This document shows positions 40,301-55,079 of a DNA stretch of 64,000 nucleotides, piece by piece. The stretch covers positions 106,725,102 to 106,789,101 of the forward strand of contig NC_068985.1 of assembly GCF_001194135.2 (NCBI RefSeq), read 5' to 3'. Made by a program: the position numbers and the translations under genes. Under the pieces are notes generated by a model. It saw only the letters and a program-made list of their open reading frames with translations, ran no database searches and had not been told where the DNA came from. This DNA is from Octopus bimaculoides (lineage: Eukaryota). The number at the start of each line of letters is the position of its first letter. Within the stretch, counting starts at the first letter, position 1.

Positions 40301-41935
40301 AAAAAAACTGTTTCGCAAGAAGATTGTAATGTTTATTTAAAACACTAATCTATTAAGTTGTAAACAGTTAATGATTCACATATTTCTTAAATTGTTTCTT
40401 ACTAAGCATGCATGCCTAAATGCTCTTAATCCTAAATGATATTAACTCATTTAGGGTGGGGGAGAAATGACCCTTCAAAACTTCTTTAAGGACTAAATTT
40501 AGGGGGGGGGGGGGAAACCCCTTGAAAACTTCTTGAAAGACTAAAATTTCTGAATTACTAAAGTAGAATGTGTAGATACTACTCTGGATCTCTTTAATTG
40601 CCTTTATTGCCTATGCCGTAAACCCAATGAAACAATTAACCCATAGATATTCCAACCAGTTCTGACAATATTAACCACCACATCCTAAACAATTTATGTA
40701 GGCTTCCCAACTATCAACTAACAAACGAATTTTTAACAATGTATCTCAGTTAAGATTTGACCACCAGTAGTAGCTTTAAGGATAAAATGTATTACACAGC
40801 AACACCTATACCTTGCCCCCAGTAAAAACTACATAGGAAATGAAACATAACCTGGTACTACTTAAATTTAATATTACAATCAATACAGCAGTTGTTTAGA
40901 TATTGTTTAAGCTCCTTGAAAAACATTTCCCTCAAACTACAAGACACCAGGTACAAAGCAAAAATATTATCATACTTTTGTACCCTATTACCCGAAATTT
41001 TAACTACTATTAGCATATCATACATAATTCTAAACTTATTGAACACAGAATCATGAACCAATAAAGCATCAATCTGTGCAACTGTCCTGTAGCTTCTAAC
41101 TACACAATTAGGGTTAATGTGTACAAATGACTGGTTACTACTTAAGACAACACAAAAGCTTGCATTGGAAGGGCCCCAAACCCATTTAAATCACAATTTT
41201 CTTTGCATATGCATTCCTTTAAAAACCATGACAAGCAAACTTCTTTGGTTTCATACATTTGGCCATTAAGGATAATTCAATACCAGATCAACGTAAATAG
41301 AACATTTTATCTACAGCTAAAGCATATGAGGAGAATAATAACCTGTAATCTTTGTACAATGAAGGGCTTGCATATTTTTGGCAAAGGCGCCTTTATTCAA
41401 CAGCCATTCAGAAAAGATTCCAAACAGCATACGCAGAAATTTTAAGTTGTATAGATTTTACATGCTGATACTCTTCCACATCACTATCAACGGCCTACAT
41501 ATTCATATGCATGCATGTTTCAACTATCATTCTTTCCATGATTGATTCTATTCCTAAAAGACATCATGTTTTTAATTCTTATCACTAATAGTTTTCACCT
41601 TCACCAATATTAACAATTGTAAATCCATCAATATTAACTCTAAATCGATGTGCATGACCATTAGTATTGCTTTGTTTTGTTCTGACTTTGTTTAGCTTAC
41701 CATGTTAACAGATTTCATTCACTTTTCAATTTTGTTTCATTCTTACTAGACATTCTGAAGAGTATTTATGAAATAGTTTTATCATCTTCTACATGTCATT
41801 CTCAACAAATAAAAGAAAAAAGTAAAAACCTCCTTTCAGTCTATATTAGTAGTGTATTCAATACTTTCTATTCAACAGTGGCTATTTCTATTACTACCAA
41901 TAAATTTTATTGCTTTTATATGTGTGGGTGTATGC

Positions 41936-41984
<49 letters not shown>

Positions 41985-42149
41985 NNNNNNNNNNATCATC
42001 TTCTACATGTCATTCTCAACAAATAAAAGAAAAAAGTAAAAACCTCCTTTCAGTCTATATTAGTAGTGTATTCAATACTTTCTATTCAACAGTGGCTATT
42101 TCTATTACTACCAATAAATTTTATTGCTTTTATATGTGTGGGTGTATGC

Positions 42150-42192
<43 letters not shown>

Positions 42193-42564
42193 CAATCAGA
42201 TATATTCAATGAGAATACAGTATACTGAATTTTGAATAAGTGCTCTTGGTAGGGAAATGTCTAAAACCTTAAAGGTATTTAGACATTTAATAAGAGCAAT
42301 TATATGTTATAAAGTAAGACCAGGAAAAATTACATTAAAAAATCATCACAGAAGATATATGTCCAAAATAATATCGTATTAATAGATAGATATATAAAAT
42401 ATGACTATTTAAGAAGTTTAAAATATCTTACGATCATTTCATAAATGTATTACCCTTCAAAATGAAATCTAAAATTGATTATCATTATTAGGTAATACAT
42501 CCACTTGTCAGAGAAAAAGGGTGAATTTCCATGTAGTCAATCTAATGCTATGTATGTATGTATG

Positions 42565-42596
<32 letters not shown>

Positions 42597-43024
42597 CACG
42601 CTTGTGTATGTATATTTCTGTATGCATATATGTGCATCACCATATGTGTGTGTGTGTGTTTTGTCTGAATTTTTGGGTGAGGAGTAATAGTCATTATACA
42701 ACCAGACAATGGGATAGTGAATATAGGTATTGAGTAGGTGTAAAAAGTTAAATATAGTTATTTACTTAGTGGATGTAGGTTCAATCCCTAGGTCAGTCAA
42801 TGTATATATACTCTGGTTCAAGCAGAACAAGCAAGTTGCATCAGCGGGGAGGAGCATAAATAATAGGAGCATATCCCTGGTGTGGACAATGACATAAGGG
42901 CAATCTAACCCCCATACATTTAATAAAGGGTTTGGTTTACAATTTAGAAAATATTACAGAACACAGCAGGTACCTGAAGGGTAAAGGGTAAAGACAAAAA
43001 CATTACTCTGATTATATTAATAAT

Positions 43025-43650
43025 AATCCTTTCTACTATAGGACAAAAACCTGAAATTTGTGGGGAGGGGGTAGGTTAATTATATTGACTCAGTATGTAA
43101 CTGGTACTTATTTCATTGACCCAAAAGGGATGAAGGACAAAGTAGACCTTGGCGGAATTTGAACTCAGAATGTAAGGCTGGATGAAATACTGTTAAGCAT
43201 TTAACCTGGCGTGCTAACAGTTCTGCCAGCTCACCACCATAATAATAATCCTTTCTATTCTAGGCACAAAGCCTGAAATTTTTAGGGTGTGGGTGAGTTG
43301 ATTACATTGACCCCCAATGCTTAATTGGTACCTATTTCATTAACCTAAAAGGATGAAAGGTAAAAATCAGCCTCAGCAGAATTTGAACTCAGAACATAAA
43401 GAAATGCTGCTAAGCATTTTATCCAGAGTGCTAACAATTCTACCAGCTCATAGCAATAAGGATGATGATGATGATGATGATAATTGTTTAAATCTAGGCA
43501 CAAGGCCAGCAATTTTGGGAGAGGTGGTCAGTTCACTGTACATGGCTAGCATTTCATTTTGTTCTCAGAAAGCTTGGAAGGCAAATGTGACTGAGTCTGG
43601 ATTGAACTCAGAATGTACAGTGTATAAACAAACATCATAAGGCATTTTGT
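43025..43650 (-). mobile_element. Three tandem tRNA-head SINE copies separated by (AAT)n/(GAT)n
   Basis: Copies at ~43025-43238, ~43248-43452 and ~43484-43650, e.g. ggcggaatttgaactcagaa...ttctgccagctcacc. Confidence 0.85.
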
Positions 43651-44916
43651 CTAACAATTTCTAACTCCAAATTCCATTCACAAGTTATTAGTCAACCTGA
43701 ATCTATGGTAGAAGGTACTTGTTTAATGTGCTATGTAGTTAAATCAAACCTGGAACCTCATGGTTAGGAAACAAACTTACACTGAGAATAGCTTTAAAGA
43801 ATAAATCACAGTTTGCATAGTAAAGTAAGAGAAGAGTAGACTAATGGGCTTTTCCATAATATATCACATTAAAAAGAAATTACAAGAAAGAAACTAAAAG
43901 AAGGTACACACATTTATCAAATATGTATTTCTAGCTAAGATGTTTGGTCGATAACTATCAGAGCCTTCTTCATATATCATTCTGTGGTTGTCACTGTGAG
44001 CAATGATTCTCTAGTTGCAAGATATTTTTTTTGAATTTAAAGCACTATGTCCTATTGAAAACAAAATCAGCACAAACTATACCAGAGAGCAAGTGAATGA
44101 GTGGGTGAGTGAGTGACAGAGAAAAAGACAGAGTTGTAAAATATTAAGATGCTAACTGTTGTTAGGTTTGTCCACTATATAATTTATACATTGCTCTTCA
44201 GCAACTGAAACATTTAAAATGGAAACCATGTGTTGGAACAGAAATAATCCAAATCCAAATTACAAAGAATCAGTCTGACAACCAGAGTCTGAGTATGACA
44301 GATTTCAATCAGAGTTAAAATGGATTAATTTAAAGGCTTATGCATTTGTAACAACACTATTTTGATGGAACTGTCATCATTCTCTAAGAGTATCCAGTTG
44401 TAAATTTTTATTTTAATTATCCATGGTCCAGAAAACAAAATGATCCAGAAGTTTCTGTGTATTGGGGGAAGTGGGGCAGAAAATATAAGCAATATCTCAG
44501 CTTTGACACCTGTGCTTCTCTGCCAATGTTGTACATTTTCCTTGTCTACTTCCACCCTGTTTAACTTCATGTATTAGCCATCATTTTATAACATTTTGTA
44601 GTTACATTCTTGTGTAGATTTTATCCCTTTCATGATTTCTGCTGTTAGTTTCCCTCCTTTCTTCATAACAATTGGTCATTTCAGCCTGTCTTGTAATTAT
44701 TGGTTTCTTTCATACCAGAAAACAAACCTTTTTGGCTTTTAGTCATATTTGGTAGTTATTTGTATTAGTTTTCCATTATTCTTTATTAATTTTGCAGAGT
44801 GGGTACTTTATAATTATAACGATAACATATTAGCAGAATAGTTAGAGCATTGGAAATTTTCTGACATTGCGCTTAAATTAGAAATCATCATTATTTTTAT
44901 TATTATTAAAATGTCA

Positions 44917-45122
44917 TTGAGGTGGCACAATCTTAGCATACCAGACAAAATGCTTGACAGTTTTCCATCCACCTTTGTTCTGAGTTCAAATTCCACTAAG
45001 GTCAACTTTACCTTTCATCCTTTTGAGGTCAATGAAATATTTACCAGTGAAATACTGGAGTTGATATAGTAGACTAGCCTCCTTCCCAAAAATTTCAGGC
45101 CTTGCACCGAAAATATAAAAAA
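44917..45122 (+). mobile_element. tRNA-head SINE
   Basis: gaggtggcacaatcttagc...ttctgagttcaaattccactaaggtcaactttacctttcatcc. Confidence 0.85.
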
Positions 45123-46489
45123 TTCTTCTTCTTCTTATTATTATTATTATTATTACTATTACTATTATAGCCAATGGCAGAATTGCTAAAATCATTTTGA
45201 CAGGATGTCATGTAGTATTTAGTTATGTCTCATATTTCAAGTTAAGAGTAATAAAATACATAGCAGTTAACTTTGAAGTTGATTTAATCAACTCTTCTCT
45301 TAAATTCACAGGCCTTGTACATAAATTATAAATCTTTCTTATTGCCGGTATATGTTACAGAGGATAATAATGTGATTTTGAATAAGTTTTGGCTAATTCA
45401 CTTTACGTAAAGCCATCACTTTTGGGAATTAAAATCATTCATCACACTGACTAAAATGGATTTGCAGTTGCAGAGGGCAAAGTAGTTACAGTTAATTAAA
45501 AAGTAAACATACCATTATTAATAAATAATCATGCAGTGTTACCAAATGGGTAAGTTATAAATAAAAAAAGTCAAAGCACAATTTAAAATAATGTAACATA
45601 ATAGATTATTTGTATAACATTCCAGAAAATCATTTGAGGATTTTAATGCTATGTACACAAAACTGAGTGAAATAATTTTATATCACACACCGAATTATTG
45701 TATGGGTACACTACATTGTTATGTGTGTGTGTTTGTTTGTTTGTTTACATTTGTACTCTACAAAAGCTGTGACCTGTGAGCAGTGCTGCTGCTGTTGTCA
45801 CTTCTGTCAACAAATCATCCACTCACTTTGCATCTTTGAAGACACGAAATGAAAGCTCTCTTACTTGAAAAGCAAGTAAGGGTTTCTGACAGGAAGGAGA
45901 TCTGAAGGTGAAACAATTCTTCAATAATATATTCATCTAACCCATGCTGGCATGGAAAATCCTCATCATCATCATTTAACCTCCATTTTCCATGCTGGCA
46001 TGGGTTGGATGGTTTGACAGGAGATGTCAATGAGTGAATGAACAAATTTCACCCATCTCTACTATAGCTGCTTAGTGCAGGTAAGGCTCTGCTGACAACT
46101 ACTATCATACTAAACCGTGCCCACTTCAGATGATATATTTTGGGGGCTTCTGCACCCTAAAATGTACATGAAGACCACTCAGCTACATTGATGCTACTGG
46201 CAAAGAAATGCAACATGAAATTGGTAACCCAAGCTAATATGGATAGGGGTACAAAGATTCCTGGAACTGCATGGTGGAATGCATATTGATGAAGTTGTAG
46301 TAGAGGTTTATCCCAAATGTAGTATGCCAGAGCAAGTGCAGGACATTATTTAATGGCATCCCTAATGCCAGGGTCAATTTTTGCTTATATCCTAACAAAG
46401 TTGATAAAATTAAGTTGCAGACATACCAATGTTGATTGAATTGATTATACCTACACTCAACAATAAATGCAAGGCACATTGTACTAATT

Positions 46490-46914
46490 TAATGGATTGG
46501 CAGAATTGTTAGTGTCAGACAACATACCTTGCAGTGTTTAGCTACAACCTTTTATGTTCTGAGTTCATATCCCACCACAGTCAACTTTGTTTTCATTCTT
46601 CTAAGGTCAAGTCCTGGGCAGGGTGGGGGATTTAACTGAGTAATTCCTACCTCATAACAAAGAACAAAAAATGTTGGCTTTCTGTCTATGTTAGAAATTA
46701 TTAGTGGAAGAATCATAAGTGTTGGGAAAATGCTTTGTGGAATTTATTCCAGCATTTTACCTTCTGAATTTAAACCCTTCCAAGGTCATTTGCTTTGCAC
46801 CTTTTCAGGGATGATAAAATAAAGCATTAGTCAAGAACTGCTGTTGATGGTTTTGACTGCTCCCCATCCTCTCAAAATTTCCAGCTTGGTGCCTAATACA
46901 TATTATTATTATTA

Positions 46915-46968
<54 letters not shown>

Positions 46969-47168
46969 CCAGCTGGCAGAATCATTAAGCATGCTGGATG
47001 AAATGCCACTAAGCATTTCGTCCTTTATGTTCTGAGTTCAAATGCTGATGAGGTTGACTTTGTCATCTTTTCAGGGTCAATAAAGTAAGTAGAGCCAACC
47101 ACTAGGTTGATGTAATCAAGTAACCCCTTCTCCAAATTTTCAGGCCCTGTGCCTATAGTAGAAAGAAA
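46490..47168 (+). mobile_element. Three tandem tRNA-head SINE copies
   Basis: Copies at ~46490-46700, ~46715-46900 and ~46969-47168 (ccagctggcagaatcattaagc...ttctgagttcaaatgc). Confidence 0.8.
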
Positions 47169-48399
47169 TTATTATTATTTGGTAAAAGCTGACTTAAGGA
47201 AGTAAGGAACTAAATTGAAGGCAATATAGCATTCAGTTCAAAGTTTATGTAATTATTATTTTTATTTAACTGGCAATACCTGTTGTGTCAAATCCCAAGA
47301 AATCACTATTGTCCCTATTATTACTCAAGGACAAGGAATTGTATGAAGTAGCAAAGTACTAGACAATATATTAATTTCTAATTATGACACTTTTCATTCT
47401 GGCTTCGAAACCCAGTGGAGTTAATTTTGCATTTCATACTTCAGGAATAAATTATATATCTATAACCTTGCCAAAATTATATCTCAAAGACTAAATCTTT
47501 TCTATGGAGCCAGAAAAATGCTTCAGGTCTCAGTAGGTGATGACACTAGACAAAGCTCATGTAAGACGCAGTGATGTATAATTTATATACCTGAGATAAA
47601 ACAAATGCTACACACATAAACATCCTTGATCACATTTAATTTATTCATACACAGCCACATTGAGGATCAACCCTACACACACATACACACAAAGTCACAA
47701 CTCATAGAAAAACAGTGTCATTTGTTTGCATGAAAACGTGTTCAGTAACTGATGTGTTCATGTCTCAAACATCTCAAAGGTGAACTTTTACCATGGTTGG
47801 TAACAAGTAAAGGTTGGTGACAAGAATCCAGTCATCGAAAATTTGTTTCAATGAATTTTACCTAAACCACATAAGTATGAAAATGTAGATGTAATGATCA
47901 CATCTATATTTATAAATATCTACGTTCATAAATATAAACCTCTGCTGATTCACCGAAAGCGATAAATTACAGGACTCAATACAAATGTAGAGAGTATTCT
48001 TTAATACATTATAACTGAAAGGTTCCATATATGTGTAGATATAAATATATCTATATATTTATATACACATTTACACACACACACACACATATATATAGAC
48101 ACAGTGAACCCTCACTAATTGATAACAGGAGAAGCATATTTCTTTTAGTGGACCATCCAGGATAATGAATGGTAAGGGTTAGTATTGTATACACACATGA
48201 TACTGAAAAAATATACAGTGTATGCTGAACATGATAAAAAGTAACAAAATTACAGAAACTACTGTAAGCATCACATAACTATACAAATCATATGCATATA
48301 TTGCTTATGAAATTATTTAATATTACTGAAAGTAAAAAAATAAAAAGTTAATACCATAAATGGTTAATTTCATTTAATTTCAAATGATCTTGATGTGAT

Positions 48400-49700
48400 A
48401 GTAAAGATACAGAAGATAACTTGCCATTGTAAATTACTAGATCTATGATGCCTCATTGATCCTTTCCCCTTTTCTTGTCAAAATTTGAGGTGACTGAAGA
48501 AGGGCTGAATCACCAGCAGGTCATCAATATTATCAGTAGGCTAAACAGCTTCAGCAAGGTTAGGACAAACTGACTTGGGGGAGTCAAATTTCAGTTGTTT
48601 ACCTGCTGATATGGTTTCTAGATCATGAATTTCCTAAAGGCTCTAAAGGTGTTCATAATATTGTTGAAAATTAAAAAATCAATTATGAAATCCTGCTGTC
48701 AAGATACACTCCTATAATACTGAGTTTGTAGTTCTTGGGCTATACTTTGTCATCTTCATTGTTATCACTATCTCAGGTGTTACAGCAAGAACTTCATCAG
48801 TTATTTCTTCTATGGTTAACACTTGCTATCCAGGGTGTCACTCCCAATGTTTGCTAGCCAGGCTCTGATGTTCTCCTGTGTGAAATCTGTTTCACTTGTC
48901 TGCTAAAGTACACAATGTAAATACCCAACCTCAAATCTTAAAATCTTACATAAGTTTCTTGGTTCAGTTTTTAAGCAGTGGCTGCATTGTTGAGGTAACA
49001 ATAGAGGGCAACATGTACCTTATTTTACTACTATTGCTGACAAATTGGTGACCATCTATTGCTGACAAATGGGTGAAAAGATGCACTGTCCAAAATTAGT
49101 GGCACTTCCAGCTCACCAGTAGAAAGTTGAGGTCATTGTAGGGGTGTTTATGCATTGCAGTAATGAAATGTAATAAAAACAAATCATTAAAGATATGCAT
49201 GTTGAACCACAGTTTCTTGGAATGACAAAATGCACTAGTAGCTAGAGCACTGTTTGCAAACCTCTCTGTGCTGATATATTCCCATCACCCCTAACTTTTT
49301 AATGGTACATACTGTCAGCAAAATGCAACACATCAAAAAAATATGTACCTAATTTATAACCAGGTGTGAAGGCTTTATTCTTAAAATCTTAGTTATTCTA
49401 AAGTAGTGAATGCCAATACAACTCAATTTCATTGTTGTTATTTAATTGGGAAATTACGAGCCCTTCATACTTCAGTCAGTTAACCTGTTCCTGAATGGTT
49501 CATTTCCTTGGTTGGTACACTTCTTGCTTCACCAAGGGTAATATTATTACTAATTCCACAGTGATTTCTAAATCACCATAATACCAGTCATTAGCTTCAA
49601 AACTCTTGTCACCTTTATGCCTGGCTAACATAACAGCAACACAAGACATTTCTATACCATAGAAGTTAATAACATAGGACGACTGACAGATACACCAGAT
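48400..49700 (-). mobile_element. Highly decayed Tigger/pogo-like transposase remnant
   Basis: Minus-strand fragments SFEANDW..FRNHCGISNNITLGEA (CENP-B HTH-like) and HSKKLWFNMHIFNDLFLLHFI (DDE_1-like); TIRs not convincingly found. Confidence 0.45.
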
Positions 49701-51463
49701 CATTACCTCTCAAGGTCTGTATTTTTATAACTTTCATATGCTTCCTGAACAAATGAAGATTTAGAATTACTTTATAATATTTCAAAGAAAATGCAATAAA
49801 TTTGTCCTTAGCCTTGCATATGTGTAACATTGTTCACTTTCTAACAGCATACTCTTCACAAACTCACTACCAAAACACCAGCCTCTACAGTCCTTATAGT
49901 TTCTGCTTTATAGGTAAGGTGAAAAGTTTCTTTAGATTATTACACTCATGAAATTGTGATGTAAAAATGCAAGGCTGAAAGATGTGTAGTGAATGAAAAT
50001 TGCTGAATGATACAAGTTGTATCATGTTGTGTATGTTGGCTATTGTTACAGTGTGCACTGTATATACCACACTGAACCTATAAGTCTTGTATAAATTTTA
50101 CTCATAAAGAAACATACAAATTTCAGCAACTTTATCCTGTGCTTAATCTTTGTTTCTGAGTGTATACTATAAGACTTGAAAACAAATTATGGCCATTTAC
50201 ATTATGAGACTGCAAGAACTGAATTATTATAAAGAAAATCAATGTTAATTAACAAATTTTCAACAAATTTATACAAAAAAAAAATTTTCCACCATAATAA
50301 CATATTTCTCATAACTAATAGATTGAATACAGACAGATAGAATCAGGGAGCAGAGAGGATGAATGAATTAAAATACTAGAATTAAGAGTTTATTTAGTCA
50401 GGGGATGTGCAGTGTGTGTTCTAGACATGAGCATAATAAAAGCTAAAAATAACTAGAATGAATCCAGAGGAAATATCACTTGTCTTAGGTCCTTATTTTT
50501 GTCACTCTCCTATTATCCCTCCAACTACCCAGTATTTCATAAAAAAGGAGCAAAATAATTAGTTTCCCATTTTGATTTCTGATAGTATTATTGAGTGAGC
50601 TTAACATTTATGATTATTAAGCTATTAGTATATAGTATTCAACTAACACATCCACAATATATGCTCTCTTCAACATTGATATTCAAAGATGATCGGGGAA
50701 ATCAACATTGATAGTCACTCTTCTAGCTTAGATTTATTTCAGTTTATCTGATATTCAATTTAACAGAGTATAATTAAATGCAGGTTCACTACACACACAC
50801 ACACACACACAGGTGCGCACATAAGTGCAAAACAAGGTGGAAAAAATAGTATTCATCACAACTGTCCGATGAATGAGAACATGAAACTCTGAATAACAGT
50901 TCTGTGATAATTTTGCAGCTTTAATAAAAAGTATATATATATAAGTGAGTAAATAGTGGGGCTGTGTTAACCGCATGTGGAGAAATAATAGGAAAATGAA
51001 GAATAAGGCAGAATGCTAAACTGGAAGCATATTTTAATAAAGATCTTATTTTAATATATATATATATAATAAACCAGAGAGATTTACTAAAGATGTAAAA
51101 AAGATTTAGTCATGAAAATCAACAGCCCTCCAGAATTAGAGTTTTAAAAACAATCACCATATTCAGTTTGTAGTTTAAGTAGACTTGGACTGTTAAGAAG
51201 TCCATCTCTTTAGGCTGGAACAATGTGGGCCTACTAAGAATGACTAGTATTGGTATTCCTGAGAGACTAAAATCAATGAAAGTTTGAATGAAATACATTT
51301 TTAAAGTGATGTTTGCAGTGAGAATGAATTGCTTAACAAGTCAAGTCTACTTGAGAAAAAATATTGGTACTCCTATACATGTGTGTGTGTACATAAACAC
51401 ACACACGCACACACATGTATAGGAGTACCAATATAAACACACATACACACACACACACACGTA

Positions 51464-51606
51464 TATATTAAAAATGGGAAAGGCCAGTTTAATGGATTAC
51501 CTTAGGTTTCCTGTCCATAAAGAGTTTAGCTTTATGGTGTATCGTCAGATCCCAAAAACCTGTTGGCCCATGACCTCTTAAACTGGCCTTCCCTATTTTT
51601 AATATA
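51464..51606. repeat. Small element with 29-nt terminal inverted repeats (MITE-like)
   Basis: tatattaaaaatgggaaaggccagtttaa (51464-51492) versus ttaaactggccttccctatttttaatata (51578-51606), 27/29 complementary. Confidence 0.8.
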
Positions 51607-51775
51607 CACCACTCTACATTTTAGAGTGTGCTGCTTCTTTCAGATTTACGTTTTCTAAAAACGATATATATATATCTTTTACTTGTTTCAGTCATTAGAC
51701 TGGCCATGCTGAGGCACCATCCAACCCATTCCAGCATGGAAAACAGATGTTAAATGATGATGCATGTTTATATAT

Positions 51776-51851
<76 letters not shown>

Positions 51852-54197
51852 CATTATGATAAGAGTAGGCATGGTGTGAAATGATTCTCCAATATGGCTG
51901 TTTGAGACAACTGACACCTCATATTCTTTATGTTTTTATATTCTGACAAAAATATTAAGATTATGAGTATTTTACCTGGTGAAAGCCAAATTAGGAATTC
52001 ACAGTAATTACAGGACAGCCCAGAGAGGATTAGCCAAGGTCACTGTCAAGTTAAAAAATACTAAGATCTAATGTCTGCTGATAATAACATTAATAACTTC
52101 TAACATATAAATCCAAGAATTTTGAAAAATGTTTATGATCAACTGTACTAATCACAGTACATTAGTGATGTTTATTTTATTAGCCCTGGAAGTATAAAAG
52201 GCAAAATCAGTCCGAGAGAAACTCAAATTTGGAATGTAAAAGTATCTTATTTAATACCACAAAGCAACTTTTCTATTATTTTACCACTTTGTTACCCACC
52301 TCTCGTATTGTTGTGTGGTGCTTTCTAGCTTTAAATACTAGACCACAAACATAAGCAGAAGTGAAGTCGATTAAATTTCTCCTATTTCTTAATTAGGACT
52401 AATTTTATCAACCCAGAATGGTGAAAAATTAAGTTGACTTTGGTGGGATTTGACCTTAGAATGTAAAAAACCATAGTTAAAAACACAAGATATTTTATTT
52501 AATGACCAACTGATTCTGCCGAGCAACAGTACACATCCTATCATATAACTATTTTCATATTCTATGATTATTTTTATTTACAGGTTACAATAAATACTGA
52601 TTACTTCAACCTATTACAATCTCAAGGTCTAGAAATGCTGTATAGTTCTGACTTAATACAAATATATTACAAATTCACATTGTACTAACTACAAATAGCT
52701 GAAAAGTGAAGTTAGTTACAAATAAGATTTGAACTCTGAACCAAGTAGGATGAAACTATATACAGTAAAGATATTACAGTCACTACTAATTGCACACTGG
52801 GTAGGTGATGGTGGGAAAGGAAATGTGGGCAACCCATGATACCTTAATTATATATATAAAATGATAAAATGTAAACATCAGAATGGGTAGCTAATAATGG
52901 AAATGGCTGTCAAATAGGGTGAATACCTCCAGGTATTTACTAGAGGGAAGGATTAATGGTCAACCAAACTGAGTCCCATGTATATTTGTAATGCATCTTT
53001 TAAACCCCAAGCAATTAACTGCCAACATTGGTGAGATTTCAACTCATAACAGAGACAAACAAAATTGTAAACAGTGTAAAATATATCATGTAAGCAAAAG
53101 AAAACATGTTAAAAAATGGGAACAAGAAATATTTAAACTGTAAGAGATTTTAGTAACAACAGAAACAAACAAATATCAAAAAAATAAACACCATTCAAAT
53201 TATTTTGAGATGTAAAAGCAAACTATTTTGTCAGTTGAGTTCTTATTTTACAGTGAATCTTCAGGTTTTATTGGGTTGTTCAGTTCAGCAAGCTGAAATT
53301 AACCTCAAGATATGCTATGTTGTAGCAGGCCATGCAGTGCAACTAGCAGACACTTCTGAAAGTTTCTGCAGTCAGTGGAGACATTGATGCAATTATAGTT
53401 TCAATTACAAGCAACAATCTTAAATATTTATCCTAAATTTTTGGATTTGATGAGCTAAAAGTTAAAAACTGGCTTTAATGAAACATTTCTCTATTTTCTA
53501 CTTTTGGTAATTGCTTAACCAGTAATATCTATTGTACATCCATATTGCTATATCACACTCAGTACAGTTCCTGTATTCTTCCTACTGCTAACCATTTAAC
53601 TTTATAGTAAACAAGAAACCCACTTGTTAGTAAGGTTTAAAATATTGTAGATACCATAAGGTAGCAATAAAATCAACTTAGAGAGAGAGAGAGATCAGCT
53701 GTCAGATAATGAATTGAAAACTTCTTCCAATATAATTAACATTAATTACATATAAAGAAGCAAAAGAGATGATAATAGTAATAATATTGATATTTACTTT
53801 TAACATAGGCACATGGGCAAACATTTCAAGAAAGGAGTGTAGTTAACTAACTGAAGAGTAATATTCAATTAGTATTTATTCTATTAATCTTAGAAGGATG
53901 AAATATAAAGGTAGCCTTAGCAGGATTCAAACTGCAATGTATCTTACACTGCAAAGCATTTATCCAGTATTCTATTATGTTATCAATCACCATAATGACA
54001 ACTATGATTTCTAACATGAGTACAAGGCTGCAGAAGTTGTGTGTGGAAAAGTAGTTGATTTAATAGATACCAGTAGCCTATTGGTATTTATTTTATTGAC
54101 TTCCACAAAGATAAAAAAAAAAAAAATCAAGGTTGTCCTATAGCAGAAATTTAAGTTTGAATATATAAGATAATAATTATGATGATGATGATGATAA

Positions 54198-54893
54198 TAA
54201 TAATAATAATCCTTTCTACTAAAAGCACAAGGCCTGAAATTTTGGGAGAGGAGACTAGTCAATTACATTGACCCCCATGTTTCACTGGTGCTTAATTTAT
54301 TGAGCCCAAAGGATGAAAGGCAAAATTGGCTTTGGCAGAATTCAAAATATAACAATAATAATAATAATCATTTCTACTATAGAGCCTATTACAGCAGTTT
54401 TTAGGGGAGGAGCAAGTTGATTATATTAACCCCAGTACCTGACTGGTACTTATTTTATTGACCCTGAAAGAATGAAAGGCCAAATCAACTTTGGCAGAAT
54501 CTGAACTCAGAATGGAAAGACACACAAAACGCCACTAAGCATATGTTAATGATTCTGCTAGCTCACTACCTTATTTCTTCTTCATAATAATAATAATAAA
54601 AATAATCCTTTCTACAAAGCAAACCTTGGTGAAATTTGAACTTAGATCATTCAAATAATAAAAGTAATAATTGTTTCAAATTTTGGCTCTAGGTCAGCAA
54701 ATTTAGGGAGATGGAATTAATTGATTGCATCACCCCTTGACTGGTACTTTATTTTATCAACCCTTAACAGATGAAAGCAAAGTTCATCTTGATGCAGTTG
54801 GAACTTCTGACATTAAGAGCCAATAAAAGATGCTGTTAAGCATTTTTGTTCGACACAATGACAATTCTGTCGGCTCACTACCTAACAATATCG
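54198..54893 (-). mobile_element. Cluster of tRNA-head SINE copies
   Basis: Copies at ~54198-54345, ~54367-54572 and ~54670-54893; a further minus copy at ~55895-56075 and plus copies at ~56800-57110. Confidence 0.8.
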
Positions 54894-55079
54894 CCAAATG
54901 AATTGCTTTTGCAAAAGAGTTGGTTCTGCATGCACAGGAAATAACTTTGATCATTTGTGGGGATATAAATGAAGTCCTCAAAAATGAAGTTGTTATGGTA
55001 CTTCTGAATACAATTAAAAGGAGAACAGAACAACAAAATAGACATTTTAGCTAGTGATAAAAAGAAAAAACTATATCTT

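Noticed and set aside
41781-42190. Exact ~200-nt direct duplication on either side of a 10-N gap
   Set aside because: Identical copies ending in (TA)n around a gap are typical of unmerged contig overlap, so this is an assembly artefact.
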